Shown piece after piece: positions 21,094 to 32,310 of a stretch of 64,000 bases of DNA. The notes under the pieces were generated by a model. The model made no database searches and was not told the DNA's origin. It was given only the letters and a program-made list of their open reading frames with translations. The stretch's first letter is position 1, and each line of letters opens with the position of its first letter. This DNA comes from Rhodosorus marinus CCMP1338 (Eukaryota > Plantae > Rhodophyta), in NCBI GenBank assembly GCA_029953675.1, contig JAMWBK010000002.1, positions 2,046,001 through 2,110,000 on the forward strand, given 5' to 3'. The position numbers and the translations under genes are program-made.

Positions 21094-23337
21094 ATGAATT
21101 GGCTTCTTCTTTACGTATCAAGCCAAGCTTTTGGCTTGAATGGAGCTACGGCTTGCAGAAGTCGAGCTTGCAGAAGTCGAGCTTGTAGCAGGTGGAATGG
21201 GTATAGGGTATCAGCTAGAGTTCCCGGAAGTGAGTACTATGAGGGTGTGATTGAAGACGACAACGACGAAGACGACGACGACGAAGATGATGATAATGAA
21301 GAAGACGAGCTAGATGGTTTGGACGACGAGGATCTAGAAGATGAGGACCTCGAGCTCATGATGGAAGGGCTTGGGAGAGAGTTTGAAGAAGATGTAGACT
21401 CTGTGGGATCTCCTGGTGAGGACACGCGAAGCGTTGGATCTGGGAAAAGCTTTCTGGAGAAGATGAGGAAACGGGTAGAGAATGGGTATGGCCCAAACGG
21501 TGGCGATGAAAAGGGTTCATTTAGAAGGCAAGCGCGGAACTCCGGCAGACAGTCCAGAGAGCCAATTTCCAAGGATTCAAACTCGAGCAGGCCCGAACCC
21601 CGCTTCCGCTCTTCGCTTACTCGCAGAACAACGCGGAGAAGAAATCGGAAACCTGAGCCTGATACGCAGTCGAACTTAGCGGATCCTGAGAACTTGCAAT
21701 CACCAGAAGGTCCGAAAAGCAGCAGGGACTCATCAAAGAGTCCCAGAAATCGGAAGGGCTCCAGTCGACGTGCTCAATCAGCACCTGGCTCATCCCCGGG
21801 GGAGTCGGATGATGCAGACTTACCAGAGCTCAGCGACGCCTTGAAGCGAATTATGGGCGGAGGCGGAGCTCCCGACTCCAGCTCCACAACCTCTGATTTG
21901 ACAGTGGTCGATCGCAATGACCCAGAAAAGAACGAGAAGAGTGCTGGAAAGAGCGTTGATGAACGAGGACCCTCGGAGGTTCCTAGACGGCCCAGCAGGT
22001 CTTTTGATGAGGACTTGAAGTCCAGTAGTCCCTTGCGACGGCGCTTACTCCAGCGCAATAGAGGGCGCGCAAGTGGGACCCCACCATTGGATTTGGGCAA
22101 GGGTCAAGCGGATGATGTGCTCGAGGAAGACGACGAGTTCGTCGATGACAACGACCCTGAAGATTTGGACGAGAAGACAAGAATGAACTGGATCGAGCAG
22201 CGTCGTAGGGAAAAGGAGACGAAAAAAAGGGAACTGCGGGGAAAAAATAGCAAGTACGACCCTCGGTTTCATGGTAGAATGGATCAAGACAGTCCTGAGA
22301 CCGTGATCGGGTACGGAAAGCGCGCTGAATCTGATGGTTGGAAAGGTGGGCGCCCCAAAGCGGACGTGACAGATGGAAGACAGGAGCTCACCGAAGACGA
22401 AATCAAGGAGATCCTGGAGAGAAGGAAAAACATCAACCGTAGTCGAAAGCGCGGACAGAGGGAAGAAGTGCAGGAGACCCCCAACCCTGAAGACGTATAC
22501 ACTTTCCAAGATGAGGACAACAGGGCAGTCCCAATTGGGGAGGTATTCCCAGATGAGAAAGTAGCGAACAGGTTTGCGTCGTTCCTAGGTGGAATGAACG
22601 ACCAGAAAGAGGACGAATCCAGCACGTTCTTCAAAAGAAAAGGAGTTTCACCTCTGTTCTCGGCGAAGAAGAAGAACAAGGACTCGCAGCCTCAGTACCA
22701 GGCACGCTCAAACTCCCCCAAAGCTGGAAGAAAATCGCCTGAAACTAGGAAGCGACCTCCTTCTCTTGGCCAGCAGCGCCGTAGCAGCCCCATACCGCAG
22801 CGGGGGATTGTCCAACCGCTTGAGGAAGAATATCCAGACTACGATCCCAATGATGACTATGCACGGAGGCCACTAGAGTGGGATACGAAGCTTGCCTCTG
22901 ATGCGTGTGCAACATGCAAAGGAGATGGGCTCGTGACATGCCCATATTGCCTTGCAGATGAATGGCTACCCCCTTTGGACGAGTACCTGTCCGATCCGGT
23001 TGGAGATGCTGTAAATCAGCCCGGCAATGATCCAAGTGTACGTTACGTGAAAAAGCCTGCGAGCCCTGAGATGCTGAAGAACCTGCGGGAGTTCTGGAAC
23101 CGGCCTGACTTGGCCATAGCAGGTGATGGATGGGCTCAGTGTCAGTTTTGCGCGAAGGGACAGAGCCTCTGCCAAGCTTGTGAAGGCTCAGGTAGCAGGC
23201 TACGGAAGGGGTTCGACTATGAAGCAGAAATGCGGGAGGCGTATCCTGAAGAGCTTCATGACGACGTCGGGCTTGACGACGAGGACGAACAGTACCTCTC
23301 TTTCAACAAACATTTCCACAGAAGACCGCAATTCTGA
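21094..23337 (+). CDS. Large putative plastid-targeted protein: acidic/disordered region plus C-terminal DnaJ-type zinc finger
   Basis: 747-aa ORF; Ser/Arg/Cys-rich transit-peptide-like start with an ACRSR repeat (15-nt unit); D/E tracts; CATCKGDG..TCPYC...CQFCAKG..LCQACEGSG. Confidence 0.8.
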   Translation: MNWLLLYVSSQAFGLNGATACRSRACRSRACSRWNGYRVSARVPGSEYYEGVIEDDNDEDDDDEDDDNEEDELDGLDDEDLEDEDLELMMEGLGREFEEDVDSVGSPGEDTRSVGSGKSFLEKMRKRVENGYGPNGGDEKGSFRRQARNSGRQSREPISKDSNSSRPEPRFRSSLTRRTTRRRNRKPEPDTQSNLADPENLQSPEGPKSSRDSSKSPRNRKGSSRRAQSAPGSSPGESDDADLPELSDALKRIMGGGGAPDSSSTTSDLTVVDRNDPEKNEKSAGKSVDERGPSEVPRRPSRSFDEDLKSSSPLRRRLLQRNRGRASGTPPLDLGKGQADDVLEEDDEFVDDNDPEDLDEKTRMNWIEQRRREKETKKRELRGKNSKYDPRFHGRMDQDSPETVIGYGKRAESDGWKGGRPKADVTDGRQELTEDEIKEILERRKNINRSRKRGQREEVQETPNPEDVYTFQDEDNRAVPIGEVFPDEKVANRFASFLGGMNDQKEDESSTFFKRKGVSPLFSAKKKNKDSQPQYQARSNSPKAGRKSPETRKRPPSLGQQRRSSPIPQRGIVQPLEEEYPDYDPNDDYARRPLEWDTKLASDACATCKGDGLVTCPYCLADEWLPPLDEYLSDPVGDAVNQPGNDPSVRYVKKPASPEMLKNLREFWNRPDLAIAGDGWAQCQFCAKGQSLCQACEGSGSRLRKGFDYEAEMREAYPEELHDDVGLDDEDEQYLSFNKHFHRRPQF

Positions 23338-25149
23338 TATTCTACGGTTGGAAAAAGACAGGCCGCTGGCTCTAGCAGGGCTATCACTCTCACCAACGAT
23401 GGTTCGCGTGGATTGTCGCTTTGGTCGGAAAGCGAAAGTACGGCAGCAACCCAACACTCATAGATTCCACGCCGACCGCCAATTTGCCCCTCAGCGGAAC
23501 CCTCCTCGAAATACCAGATTCTTATATACTATCGTATTTCTGTCCGCCAAACCCAAACTTGTCCAAATATTTACTAAAAACAATTAAAATAACTGAATGG
23601 GTTGCTTATCAGATTCTGATAAGGAAAATCGGGTAGAATCCGAGGTTTCGAGGAAACCCTTCAAAATATTCCTAAAAACAATCCCAAGCAAGGATAAAAT
23701 TGGTACCATTGCTTCGGATTGTTTTAAAGTTTTTACCTCTGTTTTCTTTTTTTTTCATTTTGCTACTTGTTTCGATGGGGTCCCAAAAGGGGTGGCAACA
23801 CACAGCAAAGCCGGGGGGGCATGCTGCCATGAAATTTAGTTGAGTTGATCCATCATGCAGGAAACTCAACTAAATTAAGCTTATACAAGAAAAGAAAAAA
23901 TAATCTAGATTAATTAATATAGATGAAAATAGGACTAGATATCTCAGAAAATGTTTAAATAGATACTAACTTGAGGAAACTAGGAACCTCCAGGCCCGCT
24001 CCGCCTCACTTACTTACACCACGCCCCTCTTGCAAGGCGAGAATATCAGGAAAGGAAAAGTAAAAGCGGAATAGTTAGGAGGAGGATGCGAAAAGACAAA
24101 CAAAAGATTTTTGGTACAAAAATCTTATTTCCCTAGGAGGAGATTGGAGAGACAGCTGTCGCAAAATCGCGCGAAACTTCTAAGAGGTTCTTTCGTTCCA
24201 CTGGGTGAGGGTGTAAGAGAAAGGAAAAACAAGCGGATATGAGGGGGGTGATTTCCTAGAAATTGTGTATTTACTATGTACATATTCGCTATAAAAACGA
24301 TATTACTTGGACTTAATAACCCCCGTTCCTAAAACGATCAATCACTCTTTTTTGTCTAATATATAAGAATTATCAAACACAATGGTTCTGTAAAGGGGGT
24401 AGAGTTTTACTTTGTGAGTACGTTCTATACGATTTCAGACAATCATCGAATAGGGTGGGGAAAGGAAAACAATGTGAGTGCGGTAGATTCATATAGGATT
24501 TTAAAAAGGGGTAGGATGTAATTTTTAGAAAAGAGAGTTTTTGGATTCTGGAAAGCGGTTTACGGCATATCCATAATCATGACGATTGGACTTCAAAAAC
24601 GCCTACTTGTGCAGACGGTAAGGAAGAATTCCTTCAGAGACAAAGAGGCAGGCTTCTTTCACCTCGGACGAACTATAGACATATCATCTAGTTGAGCAAG
24701 TTTTCAAGTGGATGGGATGAGCTGGGATTTTGGGGTGGAAGAAGAGGGTTGACATCTTTTGGGAGACTTGTTTAAGTATTGCTGAGCGTATATTTCTGGT
24801 TAGGGAGCGTTGTTTGGTTTGTTATGGTTTTCTGTGGAGATTGAGCGTGGTCCGATGGGGATGATTGTCTGTAAAAGTTGATTTTGGAGGCCGGGGAGGG
24901 GGGGGGGAGGTTTTGGTCAGAATGCGGGAGGTTTCGACCATTTTTCAGAGAGCTTGAGGGAGCTTTTAAGCGTCCTTTTCTTCGGAAAGGATTTTTGGCA
25001 AAGTCTTGTTGTGCGTGCTTTTGTTTTTTTTGATGCGGATAAGTTTTGGAGGAGGGGGTGGGGAACTAAGTGCTGGTTATTTTGGCCTCCTTTGTGGAGA
25101 AGAAAAATTGTTGGCGGAGGAGTGTAGTCCTTAATGTGGAAGAATCGTG

Positions 25150-26975
25150 ATGCCTCCAGCCCAGCACGCCTGTGAGTACTGCGGGAAGAGCTTTCCGAAA
25201 AAGTCGAACTTGAAAGTTCATTTGAGAAAGCATACGAAGGAGACCCCATTTGCATGTAGTCACTGCGACAAGAAATTCAGCTGGAGATCATCATGGATCT
25301 CCCATTTAGCTTGGCACTCGGGTATTGCAAAGGATCAGAAGGCTAGAGGGAATGCAAGGCTGATGCCGAATATACAACAGCCGAGGATGCCAATAGACAT
25401 GGCCATGAACGCTGGGCAGATACAACCTATGCTATCCCCGGACCAGGTTGGAATTGCAGCCTTGCTTGGGCAGCAACAGATGAACGCGGGGCACCATATG
25501 CAGCAAATGAATCATCAGCAAATGGGCCAACCGCCGATTCCTCAGCAGCATATGAATGCTCAGCAGCATGTGAATCCTCAGCAACATATGAACCCTGAGC
25601 AAATGGCACAGCAGCAACTCTCAAATGAACAAAGGCAGATGAAGATTAGGCAAATTGCAGCACAGTTGCCTCCGCAATACCAGCAAATCCTTCACAGCCT
25701 GACCAATCAAGGTACAATGCAGAACAAGAGCGAACCTGAAGACACGAATTTCAAGAAGGAATTTGCTTTCGAAGTTGAACAGGGGTATCGCAACAACCAA
25801 GATAGGATGAACCCACAAGACCCTGGCGCGCCGCCTATGTACCCCTACGAAGGCTCTGCAAATGCGAACCAAAACTTTTCATCGTCAGGGTTGTTGAAGC
25901 CGGACTTAGTCGAACCGGAATCCGGGAAGAAGTCCGGGGTCGTTGTTGAAGAGGAACAAGAGAGTTTCTCTAGCCTTCGCCGGAAATCGAAGCAGCTGGC
26001 GGAGTCCGCGATCAAAGCAAGCGCCACCATTGCACAGCAGTCTGATGACTATGATTTTGGAGAGGATCTCATGGACGATCGTTTGGGAGCTTCAAAAAGC
26101 TTTTCGGCTGCGTCAGTGGACAAAATTAAGTTTGCGGAGCTGAGTCAGATTCATGATGATGAGGGGGTAAGCACTTTGAGACCAGGATTCGCCCAGGCGT
26201 ATGACCCCGATAAGTTCGACGACGGGTTTCCCGACACTTCTCAGCATATGGTAAGTTCAACTCAACGGTGACTCTGACTTGAGCTCGTTTGGGTAGTCAT
26301 TTCAGCTAGTCCAAGTGGGCAGATTGCTTGGATGGCTAGTGCTGCTCTCTGCGCTGACTCCAGTAGAGGGGTACGGTGAGCAGATTCTTACTTCTACGCT
26401 TGTACTGTGTCCTCCCCCTTTTACAGGACATAGAAAAAACACTATCTGCGAGCCTCAGCCAGTTGCTGCTCGAGGGGCGAACTAACAGTGAAATCCTTAG
26501 CAAGCTTGCGGGCCCATCAGATAGCGTATTGATGAGTACCCCGTCGCAGGTAAAGGCGACACCTTCGGCCGCCCGATTGAGAGAAGCGCCGGCACCGACA
26601 CCAGGAATAAGGAACCCTGCTTCAAACATGTTTAGCCAATCAAACTCGGCTTCAAAGGCCCCAAGCTTCGTCGGCATGAATGACTCGATCGTCAACTCCA
26701 GGAGTAAGCTGAGTTTCTCGTCGAGGGGTGTTAAGTCAACCTCAATCAAGCCGTCGAACTCTTCGTTTCTTGGGGATCCATTGTACAGCCTTACCGTTCC
26801 TGGTGTTCAAAGTCCTTTCATGAGGAGCATTGTGGAATCACCACGCCAGGATGGCGAAGACGATTTTGTCGATCTCCCTGCCGCTCTGGGGTTTTCAACT
26901 GCAATTGGAATGCTTCCTACGCCACTGCATGTGGAAGATCCGTTTGGGGCATTGCTTCCATCTGATCAGGGATAG
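25150..26975 (+). CDS. C2H2 zinc-finger transcription factor with Q/M/H-rich region; 2 exons
   Basis: CEYCGKSFPKKSNLKVHLRKH-TKETPFA-CSHCDKKFSWRSSWISHLAWH; QQH(M/V)N(A/P) 18-nt repeats near 25543-25596; intron ~26250-26428 joins QHM to DIEKTLS. Confidence 0.85.
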
Positions 26976-27394
26976 GTGGTTCCGGGAAGCGCCTAATACC
27001 AAACACTCACTGGAGTGTTTGGAGTTGTCTTACTAATAGTGCGTAGGCAGGGTGTAGAGGAGGCGATCTGCAGATGTTATATCGCAGGGTTCGGGCTACT
27101 GCCTATCTTCTTTTTTTGTTGTGCTTCTTTTCCGGCCGCTTATGTTTTTACCATGTTTGGAAATGGGCAAAAGCATAAGCTATGAGCCCAAGAGCCTGAT
27201 TTGGCTGAGATGGAATCATCGCGTCCGCACAAGGATGTTGGAGCGATATCCTTCCGCACATAAACGAACAGAAGAATTGTTTATAGCTCAAGACGTGAGT
27301 TGAAATGCAGAAACGCCGCGAGGCTCCAGACTTTAGAACACGAAGAGTGGGAAATTTGCTCGAGCATCCAAGGTTGCTCCGACTTCCCCAAGAG

Positions 27395-28781
27395 TTACTT
27401 TCTGTTAGCAGTTGATGCATCCTTCTGCTCCGATCCGTTCCGTTGGATCAGCTCGATCCAGTACCCATCGGGGTCCAGTATGAAGGCGATAACTTTTATG
27501 TGGTGGAACAAGAGAGCCATGGGCAGATGAAGCCTCGTTGGTTTAGATTGTCAAATGCTTCCCAGCAAAGGCGCGAATGGCCACAGGAGCCTTGTTGCTT
27601 ACCTCCAGCGTCCTGGAATGGACCGGCTTTGCGTTTGATGGCAATGCCTTTCTTCTCAGCCTCTTCGACGGCCTTCTCAACATCAGTTACGATAAACCCA
27701 ATGTGGCCAAAGCCCTTGGGGTCAGTATTTCCATTGTGATAGGTCAGCTTTTCGTCATTTTCGCTGCCATGGTAATGGTGCAAAAACAGGACGTAGTTTT
27801 CCAAGTTCTCCAAGTAAATGTGCGATTTGGACATGGAAGCCGATGCATCGAGTGATTTCACTGTACTACGAGGGTAACCCATACCGTAGATTGTAAGCTC
27901 CGCCCCTGACTCTTTAATCTCATGCTGAGCCATGAGCGTGAGCCCCAGATCTTCGTAAAACTTAATACTCTTCTGAGCGTCCTTCACCCTAAACTCTGTC
28001 GACCTTTGCGTCGGACTCGGTCCCAGAACACCGACGGAATTGGTAGACCGCTTCTTCATGGAGTTTTCCGCGAAAAGGACCCAATAGCTGCAAGAGGAGC
28101 AACGTATTGTTGCATCTCAGATATCCCTCCCGACGACATCGATAGCTCTAATGGTGTGGAAGTGGCGTGTTCTTACCCATCGGGATCGTAAACTCGCAAC
28201 ATCTGAGTCCCTAGTTCAGGGTTCATGGGTTCCGGTCCTCTGACTATCCCAACCCCGTTTTCCACCAACTTTTTGTGCACCTCAGACACGTCGTCCACCC
28301 AGATTGTTGAGAAAGCATACCCAACGGGATCAGCATTGCCACTATGATGAGCAAAGTTCTCGTCCTTCTCAGTACCCCAGTTGTGAGTCAGCTCCACAGT
28401 GTGATACCTCCTCCCCCAAAGCCACTGAGCTCGCTCCGCCTGAGGAGTCTCCAGATCCGGGACTTGTTCCCCGTCGGCGTATGCGTAGAAGTACAGAGAA
28501 AACTCCAGTGACGGGAAATCCAACCTGGTAAGAAACGTCATTCCAAGCAGTTTCTCGTAGAAGACTCTCGATTTCTCAGGATCCTTAATCCGCAGCATGG
28601 TCTGTGCGAACACAGGATCGTTCCCAAGCACGCCAACAGCCGCCGACATCTTCGTAAGCGATCTCAATGTCCAACCCCCAGGCTTCGCTACCGTCGCGCT
28701 CCTCCCGCAGTACCTCCAAACACCAGATCTAACCAAGCTACCCCCTGTGTTGATACTAAATCCAGCTAAAGACATTATCAA
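27395..28781 (-). CDS. GLO1: Two-domain glyoxalase I (lactoylglutathione lyase), Zn-type signature, probably plastid-targeted; 3 exons
   Basis: FAQTMLRIKDPEKS..FYE..LGM, VELTHNWGTE, HNGNTDPKGFGHIGF, FILDPDGYWIEL; introns 28088-28176 and ~27494-27602; MSLAGFSIN transit-peptide-like start. Confidence 0.92.
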
Positions 28782-29009
28782 ATCAAGAAAGAGCTCTTAG
28801 CAAAGCACATCACCCGCCACAAACGGAGAAAAGCAGCGCCTTTGCTACTAGCCAAGCCAAGATCTGTGTCACCCACACTGCTCCACCTTTTTGACTCAAA
28901 CCGCTTTGCAGCTGAGTAGCAAACGAGATGAGATCTCCTACGCGTCTGTCAAACTCCCTATCAGAGCATGAGAATGCTTTTCACAATGGATTCGAATGGT
29001 TTTTTTCTA

Positions 29010-29560
29010 GCTTCTCATCTTCAGTAGATGTGAATGGATGACACTGTCAGGGCTCCCGCGCGACTGGCTTCAGAGCTCGAACTCTGCTCTGTCAAGTTTT
29101 CTCCCTCAAGAGATATGAAAAGTATATATACAAACGAACCTCCATAGCTTGAGCTGTGACACCTCAGCTTAGGGGATTCATACCAAGCCGTGAAGAGGAA
29201 GCAATAGATATGAATGGAATGCCCAGAGTCGATGGATGGATACACTGTCAGAGCTCCGCCACTGGCTTCAGAGCTCGAACTCGGCTCTTTCAAGTTCCCT
29301 CCCTCAAAAGATATGAAGGGGATCTACAAACGTCATATCATGAGCATGTGCCACCTCGGCTTACGGGATAGCTTCTCATCTGCAGTGGATGAGAATGGAT
29401 GACACGCTGTCAGGGCTCCGCGACCTGGCTTCAGAGCTCGAACTCTGCTCTTTCAAATTCTCTCCCTCAAGAGATATGAAAAGGATCTACAAACGTCTAC
29501 TGTTTGAGCTATAGCACCTCAGCTTACAAGGGACTCATTCCAAGCCGTGAAGAAGAACCG
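29010..29560. repeat. Three-copy ~180-bp degenerate tandem repeat with ~360-bp higher-order period
   Basis: CTGGCTTCAGAGCTCGAACTC(T/G)GCTCT and CCCTCAA(G/A)AGATATGAA occur three times; GCTTCTCATCT at ~29010 and ~29372; CCAAGCCGTGAAGA at ~29183 and ~29540. Confidence 0.9.
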
Positions 29561-30503
29561 CCGAGAGCTGAAGAGTGCGGACAGAGAGACGGATTTAACA
29601 GTTTATCGATCTAACTTCTGCTGTCGAAAAGATCCTCAAAAGCTTTCGGTACGAACTAGAACCGCTGGATATCGCTTCTCTGGTTGTTCCAAATCTGGGC
29701 TTACATGAAGACGGGTTGACTGGATGGGCTGTGTTAAGAGTTCGTTGGGAAGAGCAACCTGAGATCGTCTACTCTCCTACCAGCCTCGGAGCGCAGATAG
29801 TCTGGGCAGTAGGTTGCAGCGGCGTGTTAAGCGTTCAACGTTCTTCCAAGGTCACGCTTTTCTGAATCGGGGGTGTAGTCTAGAATGAGGTACCCCTAGG
29901 TAGCGCGCCAAAAGAGCGAGCTTCCAGAACCAAGGCAGCATTACTGCGCCAGAGAGTCAGACTCAGAGAAGTAAACAGTCGAGAAAAGCTTCAGGGCAGT
30001 CACACCAACACTCACGCAACTAAGCACCCCTGGCAGTATCCAAGAATCCCGAACGCTGGGGAGGATGAGGGGTAGGCAAAAGCTAGTGTGAAGAGCAATC
30101 TGAGATCCTCTCTCTCTCTCATACAATGTCAGAGCGAACGCATAGATAAGACAGTCTGGGCTGTAGTTTGTCGCTGCTTATCAGACTACAAATCGTCTTC
30201 GTCCTCGAGTTCTCAAGCCTGGTTCTTTCGACGTGATGGTACGTCCACATCTGTGATGCCTCAAGAGGTTGATCGCACAGTAAGATGACTATGAGGAAGT
30301 ACCGCGAGTGATACCTCAAGTCGTCACTTGTGCAGATCAAGAGCTGAGACCTAAACGCTAGGACGCGTCGGGGTCTCTTTCTCTTTGGTTTGAGGAAGGT
30401 GACAGTCAAGGCGAAGAGGCTTGAGGAGGATGTTCGAAGAGTTTTCGGAGGGCCAGCATGGCTTGGATGTCGAATGGTGAGGTCGAATTGATACGGCTAT
30501 GCA

Positions 30504-31346
30504 ATGGCTAAGGAGTTTGAGATGCGGGCAGACCAGCGGCCAATTTACGGTGGGTTAGTGGGCAGAGATCCCGTCTTGGACGTTGTCCACGAAGAAATTG
30601 AGGATGACAGAGTTAGGAAAATTGAGTCCGTACTGCGCAACCGCTGTGGATCCGTGCATGTGCTTTTGGAGGAGCTAGAAGATACGTCGAACGGATCGGC
30701 GTGTCTTCGAACTTGCGAGGCTTATGGACTGCAGTATATTCACGTGATTGACACGAGACGTCACGGGAAGGCAAGCCGAGGCGATACGTCCATGTCCTCT
30801 GGAAAATGGCTGTCTGTAAAGTATTACGACAGTACCTGGGAGCCGATCAGAGTTTTGAAAGAGCAAGGGTTTACCCTTATCTCAGCAGTATTCGATGTGG
30901 ACAGGTTGCCGCTTGGAACTTGTTCTGTTCCTAACTCGGTTTCCATTGAGGCGATGGATTTTCATAAATTTGATAAGGTCTGCCTCATGTTCGGCTCCGA
31001 ATCCAAAGGGCTGACGGGTGGATTGAAAATCACCGCGGACTATAGGGTGTTTGTTCCAATACATGGCTTTGTGGCGGGTCTAAACCTTTCCCCCTTTCTT
31101 TCTCTGTTTATATACCAACTCTTCCTGCAGAAGAGGATCCGCGCGGACCTCACCGATGAGGAAATCGGCCAACTGTATAAGAAATGGGTCTGTCGTTCAG
31201 CTGCCAAGCGAAAGAACATGGACAAAGAGCTGAAGAGAAAGCTCATGGAGCTCTCCCGCGATGAATCGATCAAGCCCGGCCGCAGACCAAACCGGAAGGC
31301 CGATCAGGCCCAGCTCGAACACGTAGATAAGCGCGAAGCAGACTGA
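30504..31346 (+). CDS. SpoU/TrmH-family RNA 2'-O-methyltransferase (SPOUT)
   Basis: VHVLLEELEDTSNGSACLRTCEAYG (motif 1), MFGSESKGL (motif 2), VPIHGFVAGLNLS (motif 3); true N-terminus may lie upstream. Confidence 0.85.
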   Translation: MAKEFEMRADQRPIYGGLVGRDPVLDVVHEEIEDDRVRKIESVLRNRCGSVHVLLEELEDTSNGSACLRTCEAYGLQYIHVIDTRRHGKASRGDTSMSSGKWLSVKYYDSTWEPIRVLKEQGFTLISAVFDVDRLPLGTCSVPNSVSIEAMDFHKFDKVCLMFGSESKGLTGGLKITADYRVFVPIHGFVAGLNLSPFLSLFIYQLFLQKRIRADLTDEEIGQLYKKWVCRSAAKRKNMDKELKRKLMELSRDESIKPGRRPNRKADQAQLEHVDKREAD

Positions 31347-32310
31347 TTGTTTTCGTCGTAATCTTCTCTGTTATAACTCGAACAAATCTCTGCCCCGTGC
31401 TCGTAGCCCTCCTCAACCCGCTCCACTCCGCCAGCGCCCCCGCTAGATTTCACTAGCCAATCAACGAATGAGAAAAGTATTTTTAACGAATTAATTAGTT
31501 ACACCTGTCCAGGATGAGTCTTTAAAAGCCTTTCGTTACGACGGGGCCGGTGAGCGAATGTTGGGGAGGGAGGTAGTGAATGGTTCTTCTGGGTTTTACT
31601 ATATGATGAATGGGAGCGTTCTTTTTTGGCATCTGCCGATTAAATTATTGTTAACACGGTCGCCTTCCAGAAGACTTGTTACACAAGAAAGGACCGTTTT
31701 CAGATCTGATTCCCCTTTACACTCTTTTTCAGTTGTTGTTGCTGGTTGAAACCCGGTTCGGTTCCGGTTTCTCCTGCTTCCGACTAAAGGAAAGAGTGGC
31801 AAGAAACCCAGAGGATAATCCCATTTCGCTGGAGATGGAAACAAATAGCCTTCCGCTGCGGAGCTTTTGGTTTCGGTGGTGGCGATGATCGTTCCGTGAG
31901 GTGGCTGACCAGCAAGCTTGGAAACTCCAAGGTCTTTCCCGTGTTCACGTGATGCCAGTGACCGAGCGCTGCTTTGAGGCGCGGATTCTTGTTATCTGCT
32001 GTAGAAATTAGGACGATTCCAACCGTTGAAACTGGTTTTTAACGGCGTTTGCATTTGCATTCCATGCGAACCGACCGGAGCTGGAGCTCAACATAGATGC
32101 CAGCGAGGGGGGGGGGGGTATTCAGGCCAAATTCACGCAATCCGAATGCCTCCGAGACAATAGCAAATTCTGCGAGTAGTTGCTCAAGAGCACACGCCAA
32201 TAGGCACTAGCGCTGTGCTTCGAAGAGAACCTCTGTGGCAAATCACCGCGTTCAGTCTCTGTTGAAAGTCCGAAGCACGGTCCTCGCCTGCCGATTGAAG
32301 TGAAAGAGTC

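Noticed and set aside
29666-29680. ATCGCTTCTC resembling the U2 snRNA 5' end
   Set aside because: No branch-point recognition sequence or Sm site follows
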